Below are positions 38,782-51,023 of a DNA stretch of 64,000 nucleotides, piece after piece. Each line of letters opens with the position of its first letter. The stretch's first letter is position 1. Below the pieces are notes generated by a model that saw only the letters and a program-made list of their open reading frames with translations, was not told where the DNA came from and ran no database searches. The stretch lies in assembly GCF_053078305.1 (NCBI RefSeq), contig NZ_CP166879.1, one strand, 5' to 3'. Both the position numbers and the translations under genes were made by a program.

Positions 38782-39180
38782 ATTGCCACTCTTCTTGACC
38801 AAATGACCGCGAACAGGGTGATCACTGTCAACTTATTACGCGGTGCGAATTTACAAATCCTTAACGTAAGTCGCAGAAAAAGCCCTTTACTTAGCTTAAA
38901 AAAGGCTAAACTATTTCCTGACTGTACTAACGGTTGAATTGTTAAAAAATGCTACATATCCTTCTGTTTACTTAGGATAATTTTATAAAAAATAAATCTC
39001 GACAATTGGATTCACCACGTTTATTAGTTGTATGATGCAACTAGTTGGATTATTAAAATAATGTGACGAAAGCTAGCATTTAGATACGATGATTTCATCA
39101 AACTGTTAACGTGCTACAATTGAACTTGATATATGTCAACGAAGCGTAGTTTTATTGGGTGTCCGGCCCCTCTTAGCCTG

Positions 39181-39321
39181 TTATGTTGCTGTTAAAATGG
39201 TTAGGATGACAGCCGTTTTTGACACTGTCGGGTCCTGAGGGAAAGTACCCACGACCAAGCTAATGATGTTGTTGACGTTGATGGAAAGTGCATCAAGAAC
39301 GCAATTACGTACTTTAGTCAT
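39181..39321 (-). CDS. yjjY: Small uncharacterized protein
   Basis: Minus strand from 39321 reads ATGACTAAAGTACGTAATTGCGTTCTTGATGCA = MTKVRNCVLDA, matching K-12 YjjY; length set by the 46-aa K-12 product. Confidence 0.5.
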   Translation of the reverse strand: MTKVRNCVLDALSINVNNIISLVVGTFPQDPTVSKTAVILTILTAT

Positions 39322-39416
39322 GTTACGCCGATCATGTTAATTTGCAGCATGCATCAGGCAGGTCAGGGACTTTTGTACTTCCTGTTTCGATTTAGTTGGC
39401 AATTTAGGTAGCAAAC

Positions 39417-40133
39417 ATGCAGACCCCGCACATTCTTATCGTTGAAGACGAGTTGGTAACACGCAACACGTTGAAAAGTATTTTCGAAGCGGAAGGCTAT
39501 GATGTTTTCGAAGCGACAGATGGCGCGGAAATGCATCAGATCCTCTCTGAATATGACATCAACCTGGTGATCATGGATATCAATCTGCCGGGTAAGAACG
39601 GTCTTCTGTTAGCGCGTGAACTGCGCGAGCAGGCGAATGTTGCGTTGATGTTCCTGACTGGCCGTGACAACGAAGTCGATAAAATTCTCGGCCTCGAAAT
39701 CGGTGCAGATGACTACATCACCAAACCGTTCAACCCGCGTGAACTGACGATTCGTGCACGCAACCTGCTGTCCCGTACCATGAATCTGGGTACTGTCAGC
39801 GAAGAACGTCGTAGCGTTGAAAGCTACAAGTTCAATGGTTGGGAACTGGACATCAACAGCCGTTCGTTGATCGGCCCTGATGGCGAGCAGTACAAGCTGC
39901 CGCGCAGCGAGTTCCGCGCCATGCTTCACTTCTGTGAAAACCCAGGCAAAATTCAGTCCCGTGCTGAACTGCTGAAGAAAATGACCGGCCGTGAGCTGAA
40001 ACCACACGACCGTACTGTAGACGTGACGATCCGCCGTATTCGTAAACATTTCGAATCTACGCCGGATACGCCGGAAATCATCGCCACCATTCACGGTGAA
40101 GGTTATCGCTTCTGCGGTGATCTGGAAGATTAA
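39417..40133 (+). CDS. arcA: Aerobic respiration control response regulator
   Basis: 238-aa [36 protein letters not shown]... recognised as ArcA. Confidence 0.97.
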
Positions 40134-40192
40134 TCGGCTTTACCACCGTCAAAAAAAACGGCGCTTTTTAGCGCCGTTTTTATTTTTCAAAC

Positions 40193-41545
40193 TTATTTCC
40201 AGATACGTAATTCATCGTCCGTTGTAACGTCTTTACTGGCTTTCATTTTCGGCAGTGAAAACGCATACCAGTCGATATTACGAGTCACAAACATCATGCC
40301 GGCCAGCGCCACCACCAGCACACTGGTTCCCAACAACAGCGCGCTATCGGCAGAGTTGAGCAGTCCCCACATCACACCATCCAGCAACAACAGCGCGAGG
40401 GTAAACAACATGCTGTTGCGCCAGCCTTTCAATACCGCCTGCAAATAAATACCGTTCATTAACGCCCCAATCAGACTGGCGATTATCCATGCCACGGTAA
40501 AACCGGTATGTTCAGAAAGCGCCAGCAAGAGCAAATAAAACATCACCAATGAAAGCCCCACCAGCAAATATTGCATTGGGTGTAAACGTTGCGCGGTGAG
40601 CGTTTCAAAAACAAAGAACGCCATAAAAGTCAGCGCAATCAGCAGAATGGCATACTTAGTCGCCCGGTCAGTTAATTGGTATTGATCGGCTGGCGTCGTC
40701 ACTGCGACGCTAAACGCGGGGAAGTTTTCCCAGCCGGTATCATTGCCTGAAGCAAAACGCTCACCGAGATTATTAGCAAACCAGCTGCTTTGCCATTGCG
40801 CCTGAAAACCTGACTCACTAACTTCCCGTTTGGCTGGTAGAAAATCACCTAAAAAACTGGGATGCGACCAGTTGCTGGTTAAGGTCATTTCGCTATTACG
40901 CCCCGCAGGCACCACAGAAAGATCGCCGGTACCGCTTAAATTCAGGGCCATATTCAGCTTCAGGTTCTGCTTGCGCCAGTCCCCTTCGGGTAAAGGGATA
41001 TGCACGCCCTGCCCGCCTTGCTCTAACCCGGTGCCGGGTTCAATGGTCAGCGCCGTTCCGTTAACTTCAGGCGCTTTCACCACACCAATACCACGCGCAT
41101 CCCCGACGCTAATCACAATAAATGGCTTGCCTAAGGTGATATTTGGCGCGTCGAGTTCGCTAAGACGCGAAACATCGAAATCGGCTTTTAGCGTTAAATC
41201 ACTGTGCCAGACCTGACCGGTATAAATCCCTATCTTGCGTTCTTCCACGTTCTGATTGCCATCAACCATCAATGACTCAGGTAACCAAAAATGGATAAAA
41301 CTTCGTTTCCGCTCCACGGTTTTATCCTCTTCCTGCACCGTATAAAGCTCGGTCACAGGAATAGCGATAAGCGGCCCAACGAGTTTTTGCGGCCCGCTGG
41401 TACTTTGGCGAATCGCATCTTCCACATCGCTACGGTAATCGGCACGTTCGACAATCACCTGCCGAATCAGCATTATCGGAATCAACAACAGCAATACTGC
41501 ACCAAACAGGGTGGTCATTTTCCAGAACAGGGGGGATTTCAACAT
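40193..41545 (-). CDS. creD: Inner membrane protein CreD
   Basis: 450-aa membrane ORF downstream of creC, recognised as CreD. Confidence 0.93.
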   Translation of the reverse strand: MLKSPLFWKMTTLFGAVLLLLIPIMLIRQVIVERADYRSDVEDAIRQSTSGPQKLVGPLIAIPVTELYTVQEEDKTVERKRSFIHFWLPESLMVDGNQNVEERKIGIYTGQVWHSDLTLKADFDVSRLSELDAPNITLGKPFIVISVGDARGIGVVKAPEVNGTALTIEPGTGLEQGGQGVHIPLPEGDWRKQNLKLNMALNLSGTGDLSVVPAGRNSEMTLTSNWSHPSFLGDFLPAKREVSESGFQAQWQSSWFANNLGERFASGNDTGWENFPAFSVAVTTPADQYQLTDRATKYAILLIALTFMAFFVFETLTAQRLHPMQYLLVGLSLVMFYLLLLALSEHTGFTVAWIIASLIGALMNGIYLQAVLKGWRNSMLFTLALLLLDGVMWGLLNSADSALLLGTSVLVVALAGMMFVTRNIDWYAFSLPKMKASKDVTTDDELRIWK

Positions 41546-41602
41546 AGTCTTCTCCTTTGCAATGGCAGCAGGATACGAAGGCTATGTGGTAAGAATTTGA
41601 AG

Positions 41603-43027
41603 CTATGTGAAGTGACGGTGAAGTCGAAGCGAGGCCAGCACGCCACCTTCCTGCACGTTGCGCAGAGTGACTTCGCCGTTAAACAAACGGGCGACCTCAC
41701 TGACAAACGCCAACCCCAGACCGCTGCTTTTTTGCCCATTAGCACGCGGCAAAGAGTAAAAGCGTTCAAAAATACGTGACAGCGCGTAGTCAGGAATACC
41801 ACTACCGGTATCCAGCACCTTAAGCGTGACGTGTTCATGATCCACTTCGGCGCTTAGCGTTATGCGACCGCTCTCAGGGGTAAAATCGATGGCGTTATCC
41901 AGTAAATTCCCCAGCGCCTGCTCCAGTAACGCCGGTTCAGCAGCAACGTTAACCTCAGTAGGCATAACATGCAAAGTGATGTTTTTTTCTGCCAACTGCA
42001 CGGTGCGCGCTTCGCTGACGCGGCGAAATAATGCCGCCACATCAACAGCAGTCAGAACTACTTCCTGACGATTCTCCAGTCTTGCCTGGCGTAGTAACGT
42101 TTCTACCAATGCCTGCATACGCGCATTTTGGGTCAGAATGTTGTTGGTAAAACGAGCCACCACTTCCGGTGGCGGACCTTCGCGTAAAATTTCCGCCGCG
42201 CCACGAATCGCCGCCAGTGGGCTTTTTAGCTCATGGGTTAACGCATAAACATACTGCTCAATATAGTTTTTCCCTTCCAGCTTCACGCGCATACTTTCCA
42301 GCGCCTGCGCAAGCTTACGCAACTCGCTACTGCCGAGTTCAGGAAGAGGAACGGGCTTATTGTCAGTGACGGAATCGGCATAGCGAGTGAGCCGGGCAAT
42401 GGAGCGGTTGATCCACCAAACCATGCCTGCGCCAATCACCAGTGCAATCCCCAGCAAAATGGCGCTGGCCCATAAAATTCGCCGCTCGCTGCGCTTAATG
42501 ACCGGAGCCATCGCCGCGTTCGGTTTGCCTACGCTCAAAACGCCAATAAGCCGCGAGCCGTCCATAATCGGCGCGGCAACATACATCACCGAACTTTCGG
42601 GATCGGCAGGATTTTGCAACGTGCTGCGCGCACCATACTGACCACGCAACGTTAGCCAGACGTCATTCCAGCGCGAATAATCCTGTCCAACGGCTTTATT
42701 TGCCGAATCGAACAATACTTTGCCCTGCGCATCGGTCATATAGACATGATATTCATTGCGCACTTTGTTAATGCCACCGATATTGGCGCGAAACGGGCGA
42801 TATTGTAGCTGATTAAACGCCTGCGCCAGTTGCCCATGCGTTGGGTCCCCAGAGAGCAAATCGGGACGCGCCAGCTCCGCCAGCAACGTTGCGGTATCGA
42901 TTAACGTCCCCTCCGTTGCTCTTCGCACGCCCGGTTTAACTTCTTTGACAAAAATAGCCAGTACGAACCAGGCCGCCACCGCCACCAGTAAAAAATAGCC
43001 CAGCAGCAACCGCATGCCGATACGCAT
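41603..43027 (-). CDS. creC: Sensor histidine kinase CreC
   Basis: 474-aa ORF with H-box (LTHELKSPLAAIRGAAE) and ATPase motifs; start overlaps creB stop. Confidence 0.95.
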   Translation of the reverse strand: MRIGMRLLLGYFLLVAVAAWFVLAIFVKEVKPGVRRATEGTLIDTATLLAELARPDLLSGDPTHGQLAQAFNQLQYRPFRANIGGINKVRNEYHVYMTDAQGKVLFDSANKAVGQDYSRWNDVWLTLRGQYGARSTLQNPADPESSVMYVAAPIMDGSRLIGVLSVGKPNAAMAPVIKRSERRILWASAILLGIALVIGAGMVWWINRSIARLTRYADSVTDNKPVPLPELGSSELRKLAQALESMRVKLEGKNYIEQYVYALTHELKSPLAAIRGAAEILREGPPPEVVARFTNNILTQNARMQALVETLLRQARLENRQEVVLTAVDVAALFRRVSEARTVQLAEKNITLHVMPTEVNVAAEPALLEQALGNLLDNAIDFTPESGRITLSAEVDHEHVTLKVLDTGSGIPDYALSRIFERFYSLPRANGQKSSGLGLAFVSEVARLFNGEVTLRNVQEGGVLASLRLHRHFT

Positions 43028-43716
43028 TACAGGCCCCTCAGGCTATATCCCATGCCGCGATGAGTATTAATCGGAGAAAGATCGGGGTTGATGGCGCGCA
43101 GCTTGGCACGCAACGTTTTAATGTGGGTATCGACGGTGCGATCGTAGGTGTCCTGCGCATCTTCCCACACGCTATCCATTAGTTGCTGGCGGGACCAGAC
43201 GCGGCCTGGCGACTTGAGTAACGTCTTCAGCAATAAAAACTCATACCGCGTCAGCGTTAATGGCGTGTCAAACCAGCTGATCTGCGCCGCGGGTTCATTC
43301 AATTCAAAATGACCAATACGGATGACGGGAGACGGCGACGAGAACTTCTTCACCCGACGCAGTAAGGTGCGCACCCTGGCGCACACTTCGCGGGGTGAAA
43401 ACGGTTTAGCCACATAGTCGTCAGCGCCAATTTCCAGCCCAAGCAGGCGATCGACCTCTTCACTTCGGGCCGTCAGGAACAGTACAGGTAACGCCGGATG
43501 GAGCGCCAGTAACTGGCGGCACAATTCAAAGCCGCTGATATCAGGCAAACCAACATCGAGAATCATGACGTCGGGAACCTGCTGGCGAGCTTTATCCAGC
43601 ACCGGCAAGCCTCGCTCAAAGACCTCGACGGCAAAACCTTCCTGCTGCAACATGTAGACCAGCGTGTCGGCTATCCCTTGCTCATCTTCCACTAACCAGA
43701 CCGTTTCCCGTTGCAT
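43027..43716 (-). CDS. creB: Response regulator CreB (OmpR family)
   Basis: 229-aa ORF MQRETVWLVEDEQGIADTL... with receiver and winged-helix domains. Confidence 0.95.
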   Translation of the reverse strand: MQRETVWLVEDEQGIADTLVYMLQQEGFAVEVFERGLPVLDKARQQVPDVMILDVGLPDISGFELCRQLLALHPALPVLFLTARSEEVDRLLGLEIGADDYVAKPFSPREVCARVRTLLRRVKKFSSPSPVIRIGHFELNEPAAQISWFDTPLTLTRYEFLLLKTLLKSPGRVWSRQQLMDSVWEDAQDTYDRTVDTHIKTLRAKLRAINPDLSPINTHRGMGYSLRGL

Positions 43717-43728
43717 AAATCGCCTCTG

Positions 43729-44202
43729 TTATTGCCGCCACGGCATGACAGGAACCGCGCTAATCGCGTTTTTCGGCGAACCTTCTACAACTTTGTCGGA
43801 GTAAGCCAGATAAGCGAGCGCGTTGCGTTTGGCGTCATAAAAGCGCACGACCTGTAACGACTTAAAGACCAGGGACGTGCGTTTTTTGAATACTACCTCG
43901 CCCTGAGCTTTGCCGTTTTTAATACGATCCGACAGTTCAATCGGCCCGACTTGCTGACAAGAAATAGCCGCATCGGAGGTATCTTCCGCCAGACCCAATC
44001 CCCCTTTAATACCACCTGTTTTCGCCCGGCTCACATAACAGGTGACATTTTTCACATCGGGATCGTCAAAGGCTTCCACAACAATTTTGTGATCCGGGCC
44101 GATCATTTTAAATACGGTGTCGACCGAACCAATCTCTTCTGCATGAGCCAATGGCCCCAGCATTATCAGGCTTAAAGACAGGATCAAATGCTTGTATTTC
44201 AT
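43729..44202 (-). CDS. creA: CreA family periplasmic protein
   Basis: 157-aa ORF with signal peptide, first gene of creABCD. Confidence 0.92.
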
Positions 44203-44412
44203 ATTGTTACCATTTTTATCTATTACACGAGCAATTAGTTCGTCACGGTAAATAACATATTGATTAAGAACAAAATCTCAATACTTTTATTTCCGTCAAG
44301 ACCTAAAACATACTCTACTAAGAAAAAAACACTGAATGCTAAAACAGCAAAAAATGCTATTATCCAATTACCTGATGTCAGGTGCTCGTTGTTGAAAGGA
44401 TGAGGATATTTT

Positions 44413-45282
44413 ATGGATCAGGCCGGCATTATTCGCGACCTTTTAATCTGGCTGGAAGGTCATCTGGATCAGCCCCTGTCGCTCGACAATGTAGCGGCGA
44501 AAGCAGGTTATTCCAAGTGGCACTTACAGAGAATGTTTAAAGATGTCACTGGCCATGCTATTGGCGCGTATATTCGTGCTCGTCGTTTGTCGAAATCGGC
44601 GGTCGCACTACGCCTGACTGCGCGTCCGATTCTGGACATCGCGCTGCAATACCGCTTCGACTCTCAACAGACATTTACCCGCGCATTCAAGAAGCAGTTT
44701 GCCCAGACTCCTGCACTTTACCGCCGTTCTCCTGAATGGAGCGCCTTTGGTATTCGCCCGCCGCTGCGTCTGGGTGAATTCACCATGCCAGAGCATAAAT
44801 TTGTCACCCTGGAAGATACGCCGCTGATTGGTGTTACCCAGAGCTACTCCTGTTCGCTGGAGCAAATCTCTGATTTCCGCCATGAAATGCGTTATCAGTT
44901 CTGGCACGATTTTCTCGGCAACGCGCCGACCATTCCGCCAGTGCTCTACGGCCTGAATGAAACGCGTCCGAGTCAGGATAAAGACGACGAACAAGAGGTA
45001 TTCTATACCACCGCGTTAGCCCAGGATCAGGCAGATGGCTATGTACTGACGGGGCATCCGGTGATGCTGCAGGGCGGCGAATATGTGATGTTTACCTATG
45101 AAGGTCTGGGAACCGGCGTGCAGGAGTTTATCCTGACGGTATACGGAACGTGCATGCCAATGCTCAACCTGACGCGCCGTAAAGGTCAGGATATTGAGCG
45201 ATACTACCCGGCAGAAGACGCCAAAGCGGGAGATCGCCCAATTAATCTGCGCTGTGAACTGCTGATTCCGATCCGTCGTTAA
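44413..45282 (+). CDS. rob: AraC/XylS-family right-origin-binding regulator
   Basis: 289-aa ORF MDQAGIIRDLLIWLEGHLDQPLSLDNVAAKAGYSKWHLQRMFK... recognised as Rob. Confidence 0.96.
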   Translation: MDQAGIIRDLLIWLEGHLDQPLSLDNVAAKAGYSKWHLQRMFKDVTGHAIGAYIRARRLSKSAVALRLTARPILDIALQYRFDSQQTFTRAFKKQFAQTPALYRRSPEWSAFGIRPPLRLGEFTMPEHKFVTLEDTPLIGVTQSYSCSLEQISDFRHEMRYQFWHDFLGNAPTIPPVLYGLNETRPSQDKDDEQEVFYTTALAQDQADGYVLTGHPVMLQGGEYVMFTYEGLGTGVQEFILTVYGTCMPMLNLTRRKGQDIERYYPAEDAKAGDRPINLRCELLIPIRR

Positions 45283-45926
45283 CGCTGCAGCTCATCTAAT
45301 GCAGGGGCGTCCAGATGCGAGATGTCCCCTGCGGTTTCAACGACCCAGCCAGACGCCAGCCACAGGCTTTCCTGATAATCCACGCGCGAAATAGAACAGT
45401 TACGCAGACGTAAGCGGCGCTCTGCCCATGCTGGTAATCCGAGAATCGTACTCACCAGGCATCCCAGTGCAATACCATGGCTCACCAGCAGCGGTCGGCT
45501 TCCCTGCGGTAAGTCCCGGCAAGATTCCAGAGCCGCATTGACGCGATCGCTGAGCTCCTGCATTGACTCGCCTTCAGGAATACGCCCGTCAACGGTGCCA
45601 TTGACCAGCTGCCGACGCCAGTTCTCTTCTTCTTCGGTCAGAGAATCGATATGTCTTTTTTCCAGCACACCCATGTTTAATTCACGCAGGCGAGAATCAA
45701 AGATGATGTCACAGCCGCAGGCCTGGGCGATGATTTCCGCCGTACGCCGGGTGCGTCCTAAATCGCTACTGATGATATGCGTAATGCCAAGCTCTTTGGC
45801 ACGGGTTGCCACCTGCATCGCCTGTTGCTCACCTTTGGCGGTCAGCGGGCTGTCAGACTGGCCCTGAATACGTCGCTCGGCGTTCCACTGCGTTTCACCG
45901 TGGCGGACAAGGTATACCTGTAACAT
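45279..45926 (-). CDS. gpmB: Probable phosphoglycerate mutase GpmB
   Basis: 215-aa ORF with RHG histidine phosphatase motif (MLQVYLVRHGETQWN). Confidence 0.95.
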   Translation of the reverse strand: MLQVYLVRHGETQWNAERRIQGQSDSPLTAKGEQQAMQVATRAKELGITHIISSDLGRTRRTAEIIAQACGCDIIFDSRLRELNMGVLEKRHIDSLTEEEENWRRQLVNGTVDGRIPEGESMQELSDRVNAALESCRDLPQGSRPLLVSHGIALGCLVSTILGLPAWAERRLRLRNCSISRVDYQESLWLASGWVVETAGDISHLDAPALDELQR

Positions 45927-45965
45927 GCTTTTTTTCCGTATACTGCTGTAACGTTAATTTTCTGA

Positions 45966-46490
<525 letters not shown>

Positions 46491-46494
46491 GCGC

Positions 46495-46978
<484 letters not shown>

Positions 46979-47052
46979 TTAGCGGGGGAAGCAAAATGCC
47001 TCCCCCGGTTGTACTCGCTAAAGAGTACGATAGCATATCATAAACGTGCGGA

Positions 47053-48990
47053 TCAGTAACGACGTCCCCATTCCGTGGCACTCATCAACGTCGGTTTATC
47101 CCCCATGAAATAGCGGTAGTAAGCGTCATAAGCCAGCACGTTCTTCACATAACCGCGCGTCTCGGAGAATGGAATACTCTCGACAAATGCCACTGCGTCG
47201 ATACGCCCGGCGCTGTTGCCAAGCCAGGTTCGCACCCGCCCTGGTCCGGCGTTATAAGCTGCTGAGGAGAAAATACGATTATTGCCAAACTGCTGATAAA
47301 CATATTGCAGGTAACTGGTGCCAATGTTGATATTCGTTTCCGGATCCAGCAATTGCCCAAGACTGCTATAACCGGGAATAGAGAACATCTTCACCGTATG
47401 GGTCGCTGTACCAGGCATAATCTGCATCAGGCCGCTGGCCCCTACCGGTGATTTCACTTTCGGATTCCAGGCGCTCTCCTGACGAGCAATCGCCATCGCA
47501 TAGCTTTGCGGGATCTCCTTACCGCTGGTGTAGCGTTTGAAAAGATCGTTGTAAGCCAGCGGGAATCGCTCTTCCAGATGATCCCACAGCTTCCCGGCGA
47601 TCGTTGCCTGAACGCTAAGATCCCACCATTGGTTGTTGAAAGCATACCGCGCCAGTTGAGCTTGCTCTGTTTTTGACTTGCTCTTCACCAGATTGGCCCA
47701 CTCGCTACGCGCGGTGTTATCGAGATTCCAGTACATCAACTCGCGCACGCGCGCCATCTCCGGCCCCTCAGTCAGGGCGCTGTCAACATTCTGCGGCGCT
47801 TTATCAATCTTCAGCTCATACTCTTCGCCGATGCGTTGTGCTGCAACCATCGGGTAGAAACCACGCTGTTGCATGAGTTGATGCAAAATCTCTTTCGCTT
47901 CAGCTTCACGTCCGCGTTCCAGCAATAAATCCGCCTGCCAGTAACGCCATTCATCTTTCTCTTTCGCCTCCATCGGCAAACGCGCCAGCCAGGTATTCAG
48001 GCCGCGACGATCACCGGTGCCAAGCGCCATTCGCACACGGCGTTCAATCAACGACGTGGATTGCGAGCGCATAATGGCGTCATCGCGCCATTTCGCCTGC
48101 TCGTCGGTGACATCGTTGCCCATCAAACGCCAGGCGACGATATCGCGCAGCTCCTGAATCTGATCTTCATTAAGCTGCTGCGCCTGGGCAAGCGATGGGA
48201 TCATCAGCCGTGCACTCTCAGCATCCTGCCGCGCCACACTGGCAAACGCCACCGCCGCCATTTGACGGGTAAAATCGGTCGCTCCGGTTGTACGCGCGAA
48301 GGTCAGTACCGTATTAGGGTTGTTCGCCAGTGAAATGATTGCCGAGGCGATAGTCTGGTAATCGGCAGGCATCTGCCCTGCCAGCACTGTTACCAGGCCA
48401 GTGTTACCCGCTTTCATCGCCAGACGGATACGCTCTAAATACGCCAGCGGATCTTGTTTACCTGACGCACGCCAGACACTAAATAACTTGTCACAGGCGT
48501 TAGGCTGGCTCTTGCCGGTTAGCCACAGCTCTTTCGCCCCTTGCCAGGCTTCTTCACTCTGCCCGGTGTTCCATTTCGCATAGTAGTAATTACATTGTGC
48601 TTCGGTAGCTCCGGGCTTTTCCGGGCTAAAGGCTAACAGGCCACGCCAGTCTTCACGCCGCGCCAGTTCATTGACGAAACGAGATTGCAGCGTGCGAGCG
48701 GGAGGAAGCGTGGGGTTAGCGCGAACAAAGTTAGTGACCGTCACCGCCGGTTGATTCATCAGGTCATCGGTGATCTGGCGGTATTCCAGGTAGGGATAAA
48801 GCGGATAATCCTTCAGTCCAGGCATCATTTGTTCGACCACATCCATTTGTCGATTATCCCAGGCCTGCTTGATTTGCGCGTAACGACTACGCTGCTCATC
48901 CAGTGAGTCGGCTCGCGCCACGCTGCTGACCGTCAGCAGACAGACACCGGCAGCCAACAGCCGCCAGGTAACTTGTTTGGCTTTTTCCAC
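47053..48990 (-). CDS. slt: Soluble lytic murein transglycosylase (Slt70)
   Basis: Track ORF 47053..49020; accepted 645-aa product starts at the internal codon translated V in VEKAKQVTWRLLAAG (non-ATG start inferred). Confidence 0.93.
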   Translation of the reverse strand: MEKAKQVTWRLLAAGVCLLTVSSVARADSLDEQRSRYAQIKQAWDNRQMDVVEQMMPGLKDYPLYPYLEYRQITDDLMNQPAVTVTNFVRANPTLPPARTLQSRFVNELARREDWRGLLAFSPEKPGATEAQCNYYYAKWNTGQSEEAWQGAKELWLTGKSQPNACDKLFSVWRASGKQDPLAYLERIRLAMKAGNTGLVTVLAGQMPADYQTIASAIISLANNPNTVLTFARTTGATDFTRQMAAVAFASVARQDAESARLMIPSLAQAQQLNEDQIQELRDIVAWRLMGNDVTDEQAKWRDDAIMRSQSTSLIERRVRMALGTGDRRGLNTWLARLPMEAKEKDEWRYWQADLLLERGREAEAKEILHQLMQQRGFYPMVAAQRIGEEYELKIDKAPQNVDSALTEGPEMARVRELMYWNLDNTARSEWANLVKSKSKTEQAQLARYAFNNQWWDLSVQATIAGKLWDHLEERFPLAYNDLFKRYTSGKEIPQSYAMAIARQESAWNPKVKSPVGASGLMQIMPGTATHTVKMFSIPGYSSLGQLLDPETNINIGTSYLQYVYQQFGNNRIFSSAAYNAGPGRVRTWLGNSAGRIDAVAFVESIPFSETRGYVKNVLAYDAYYRYFMGDKPTLMSATEWGRRY

Positions 48991-49200
48991 AAGCGCATCC
49001 TCTAAGTGTAAATACATCAATGCAGCGTCATGCCGCGTAATAGATTTATGCTAACCAGTCATTGCCGTTTACGCCACGTTACGGACACTTTTTTACTTTT
49101 ACTGCGAAGGTGATCGACCAACTGGGATTAGGCGGGGAAAAAGGCTACACTTCGCCTTTGAAAACTCATCATCACGATAAACATAGAGGCGAAGTCCAAC

Positions 49201-50868
49201 GTGGCTCAATTCGTTTATACCATGCATCGTGTCGGCAAAGTTGTTCCGCCGAAACGTCATATTTTGAAAAACATCTCTCTGAGTTTCTTCCCTGGGGCAA
49301 AAATTGGTGTCCTGGGTCTGAATGGCGCGGGTAAGTCCACCCTGCTGCGCATTATGGCGGGCATTGATAAAGACATCGAAGGTGAAGCGCGTCCGCAGCC
49401 AGACATCAAGATTGGTTATCTGCCGCAGGAACCGCAGCTGAACCCGGAACACACCGTGCGTGAGTCCATTGAAGAAGCGGTTTCAGAAGTGGTTAACGCC
49501 CTGAAACGCCTGGATGAAGTGTATGCGCTGTACGCCGATCCGGATGCCGATTTTGACAAGCTGGCCGCTGAACAAGGCCGTCTGGAAGAGATCATTCAGG
49601 CTCACGACGGTCATAATCTGAACGTACAGCTGGAGCGTGCGGCGGATGCGCTACGTCTGCCGGACTGGGACGCGAAAATCGCTAACCTCTCCGGTGGTGA
49701 GCGTCGTCGCGTGGCGTTGTGCCGCCTGCTGCTGGAAAAACCAGACATGCTGCTGCTCGACGAACCGACCAACCACCTGGATGCCGAATCCGTGGCCTGG
49801 CTGGAACGCTTCCTGCACGACTTCGAAGGCACCGTGGTGGCGATTACCCACGACCGTTACTTCCTCGATAACGTTGCGGGCTGGATCCTCGAACTTGACC
49901 GCGGTGAAGGTATTCCGTGGGAAGGTAACTACTCCTCCTGGCTGGAGCAGAAAGATCAGCGTCTGGCGCAGGAAGCTTCACAAGAAGCGGCGCGTCGTAA
50001 GTCGATCGAGAAAGAGCTGGAGTGGGTACGTCAGGGAACTAAAGGCCGCCAGTCGAAAGGTAAAGCACGTCTGGCACGCTTTGAAGAGCTGAACAGCACC
50101 GAATACCAGAAACGTAACGAAACCAACGAACTGTTTATTCCACCTGGACCGCGTCTGGGCGATAAAGTGCTGGAAGTCAGCAACCTGCGTAAATCCTACG
50201 GCGATCGCCTGCTGATTGATGACCTGAGCTTCTCGATCCCGAAAGGGGCGATCGTCGGGATCATCGGTCCGAACGGCGCGGGTAAATCGACCCTGTTCCG
50301 TATGATCTCCGGTCAGGAACAGCCGGACAGCGGCACCATCACTTTGGGTGAAACGGTGAAACTGGCATCGGTTGATCAGTTCCGTGACTCAATGGATAAC
50401 AGCAAAACCGTTTGGGAAGAAGTTTCAGGCGGGCTGGATATTATGAAGATCGGCAACACCGAGATGCCAAGCCGCGCCTACGTTGGCCGCTTTAACTTTA
50501 AAGGGGTTGATCAGGGTAAACGCGTTGGTGAACTCTCCGGTGGTGAGCGCGGTCGTCTGCATCTGGCGAAGCTGCTGCAGGTTGGCGGCAACATGCTGCT
50601 GCTAGACGAACCAACCAACGACCTGGATATCGAAACCCTGCGCGCGCTGGAAAACGCCCTGCTGGAGTTCCCGGGCTGTGCGATGGTTATCTCGCACGAC
50701 CGTTGGTTCCTCGACCGTATCGCCACGCACATTCTGGATTACCAGGATGAAGGTAAAGTTGAGTTCTTCGAAGGTAACTTTACCGAGTACGAAGAGTACA
50801 AGAAACGCACGCTGGGCGCAGACGCGCTGGAGCCGAAGCGTATCAAGTACAAGCGTATTGCGAAGTAA
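49201..50868 (+). CDS. ettA: Energy-dependent translational throttle (ABC-F ATPase)
   Basis: 555-aa ORF with two ABC cassettes (GLNGAGKST, LSGGERRR; GPNGAGKST, LSGGERGR); recognised as EttA. Confidence 0.97.
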   Translation: MAQFVYTMHRVGKVVPPKRHILKNISLSFFPGAKIGVLGLNGAGKSTLLRIMAGIDKDIEGEARPQPDIKIGYLPQEPQLNPEHTVRESIEEAVSEVVNALKRLDEVYALYADPDADFDKLAAEQGRLEEIIQAHDGHNLNVQLERAADALRLPDWDAKIANLSGGERRRVALCRLLLEKPDMLLLDEPTNHLDAESVAWLERFLHDFEGTVVAITHDRYFLDNVAGWILELDRGEGIPWEGNYSSWLEQKDQRLAQEASQEAARRKSIEKELEWVRQGTKGRQSKGKARLARFEELNSTEYQKRNETNELFIPPGPRLGDKVLEVSNLRKSYGDRLLIDDLSFSIPKGAIVGIIGPNGAGKSTLFRMISGQEQPDSGTITLGETVKLASVDQFRDSMDNSKTVWEEVSGGLDIMKIGNTEMPSRAYVGRFNFKGVDQGKRVGELSGGERGRLHLAKLLQVGGNMLLLDEPTNDLDIETLRALENALLEFPGCAMVISHDRWFLDRIATHILDYQDEGKVEFFEGNFTEYEEYKKRTLGADALEPKRIKYKRIAK

Positions 50869-50871
50869 TGC

Positions 50872-50915
50872 GTAAAATGCCGGATGCGGCGCGCCAGCAC
50901 CGCATCCGGTATTAG
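50872..50915. repeat. REP-like palindrome
   Basis: GCCGGATGCGGCGCGCCAGCACCGCATCCGGTA inverted repeat after ettA stop. Confidence 0.55.
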
Positions 50916-51023
50916 TTAAATGATTAGTCCCCGGAAAAAGGCAGAATTTTCTTTTAGTGTATTAGCTCAGATGCGGACTGACATCTCAAATCAAGCGGGA
51001 ACTCATGATTCCCGCTTAACGTT

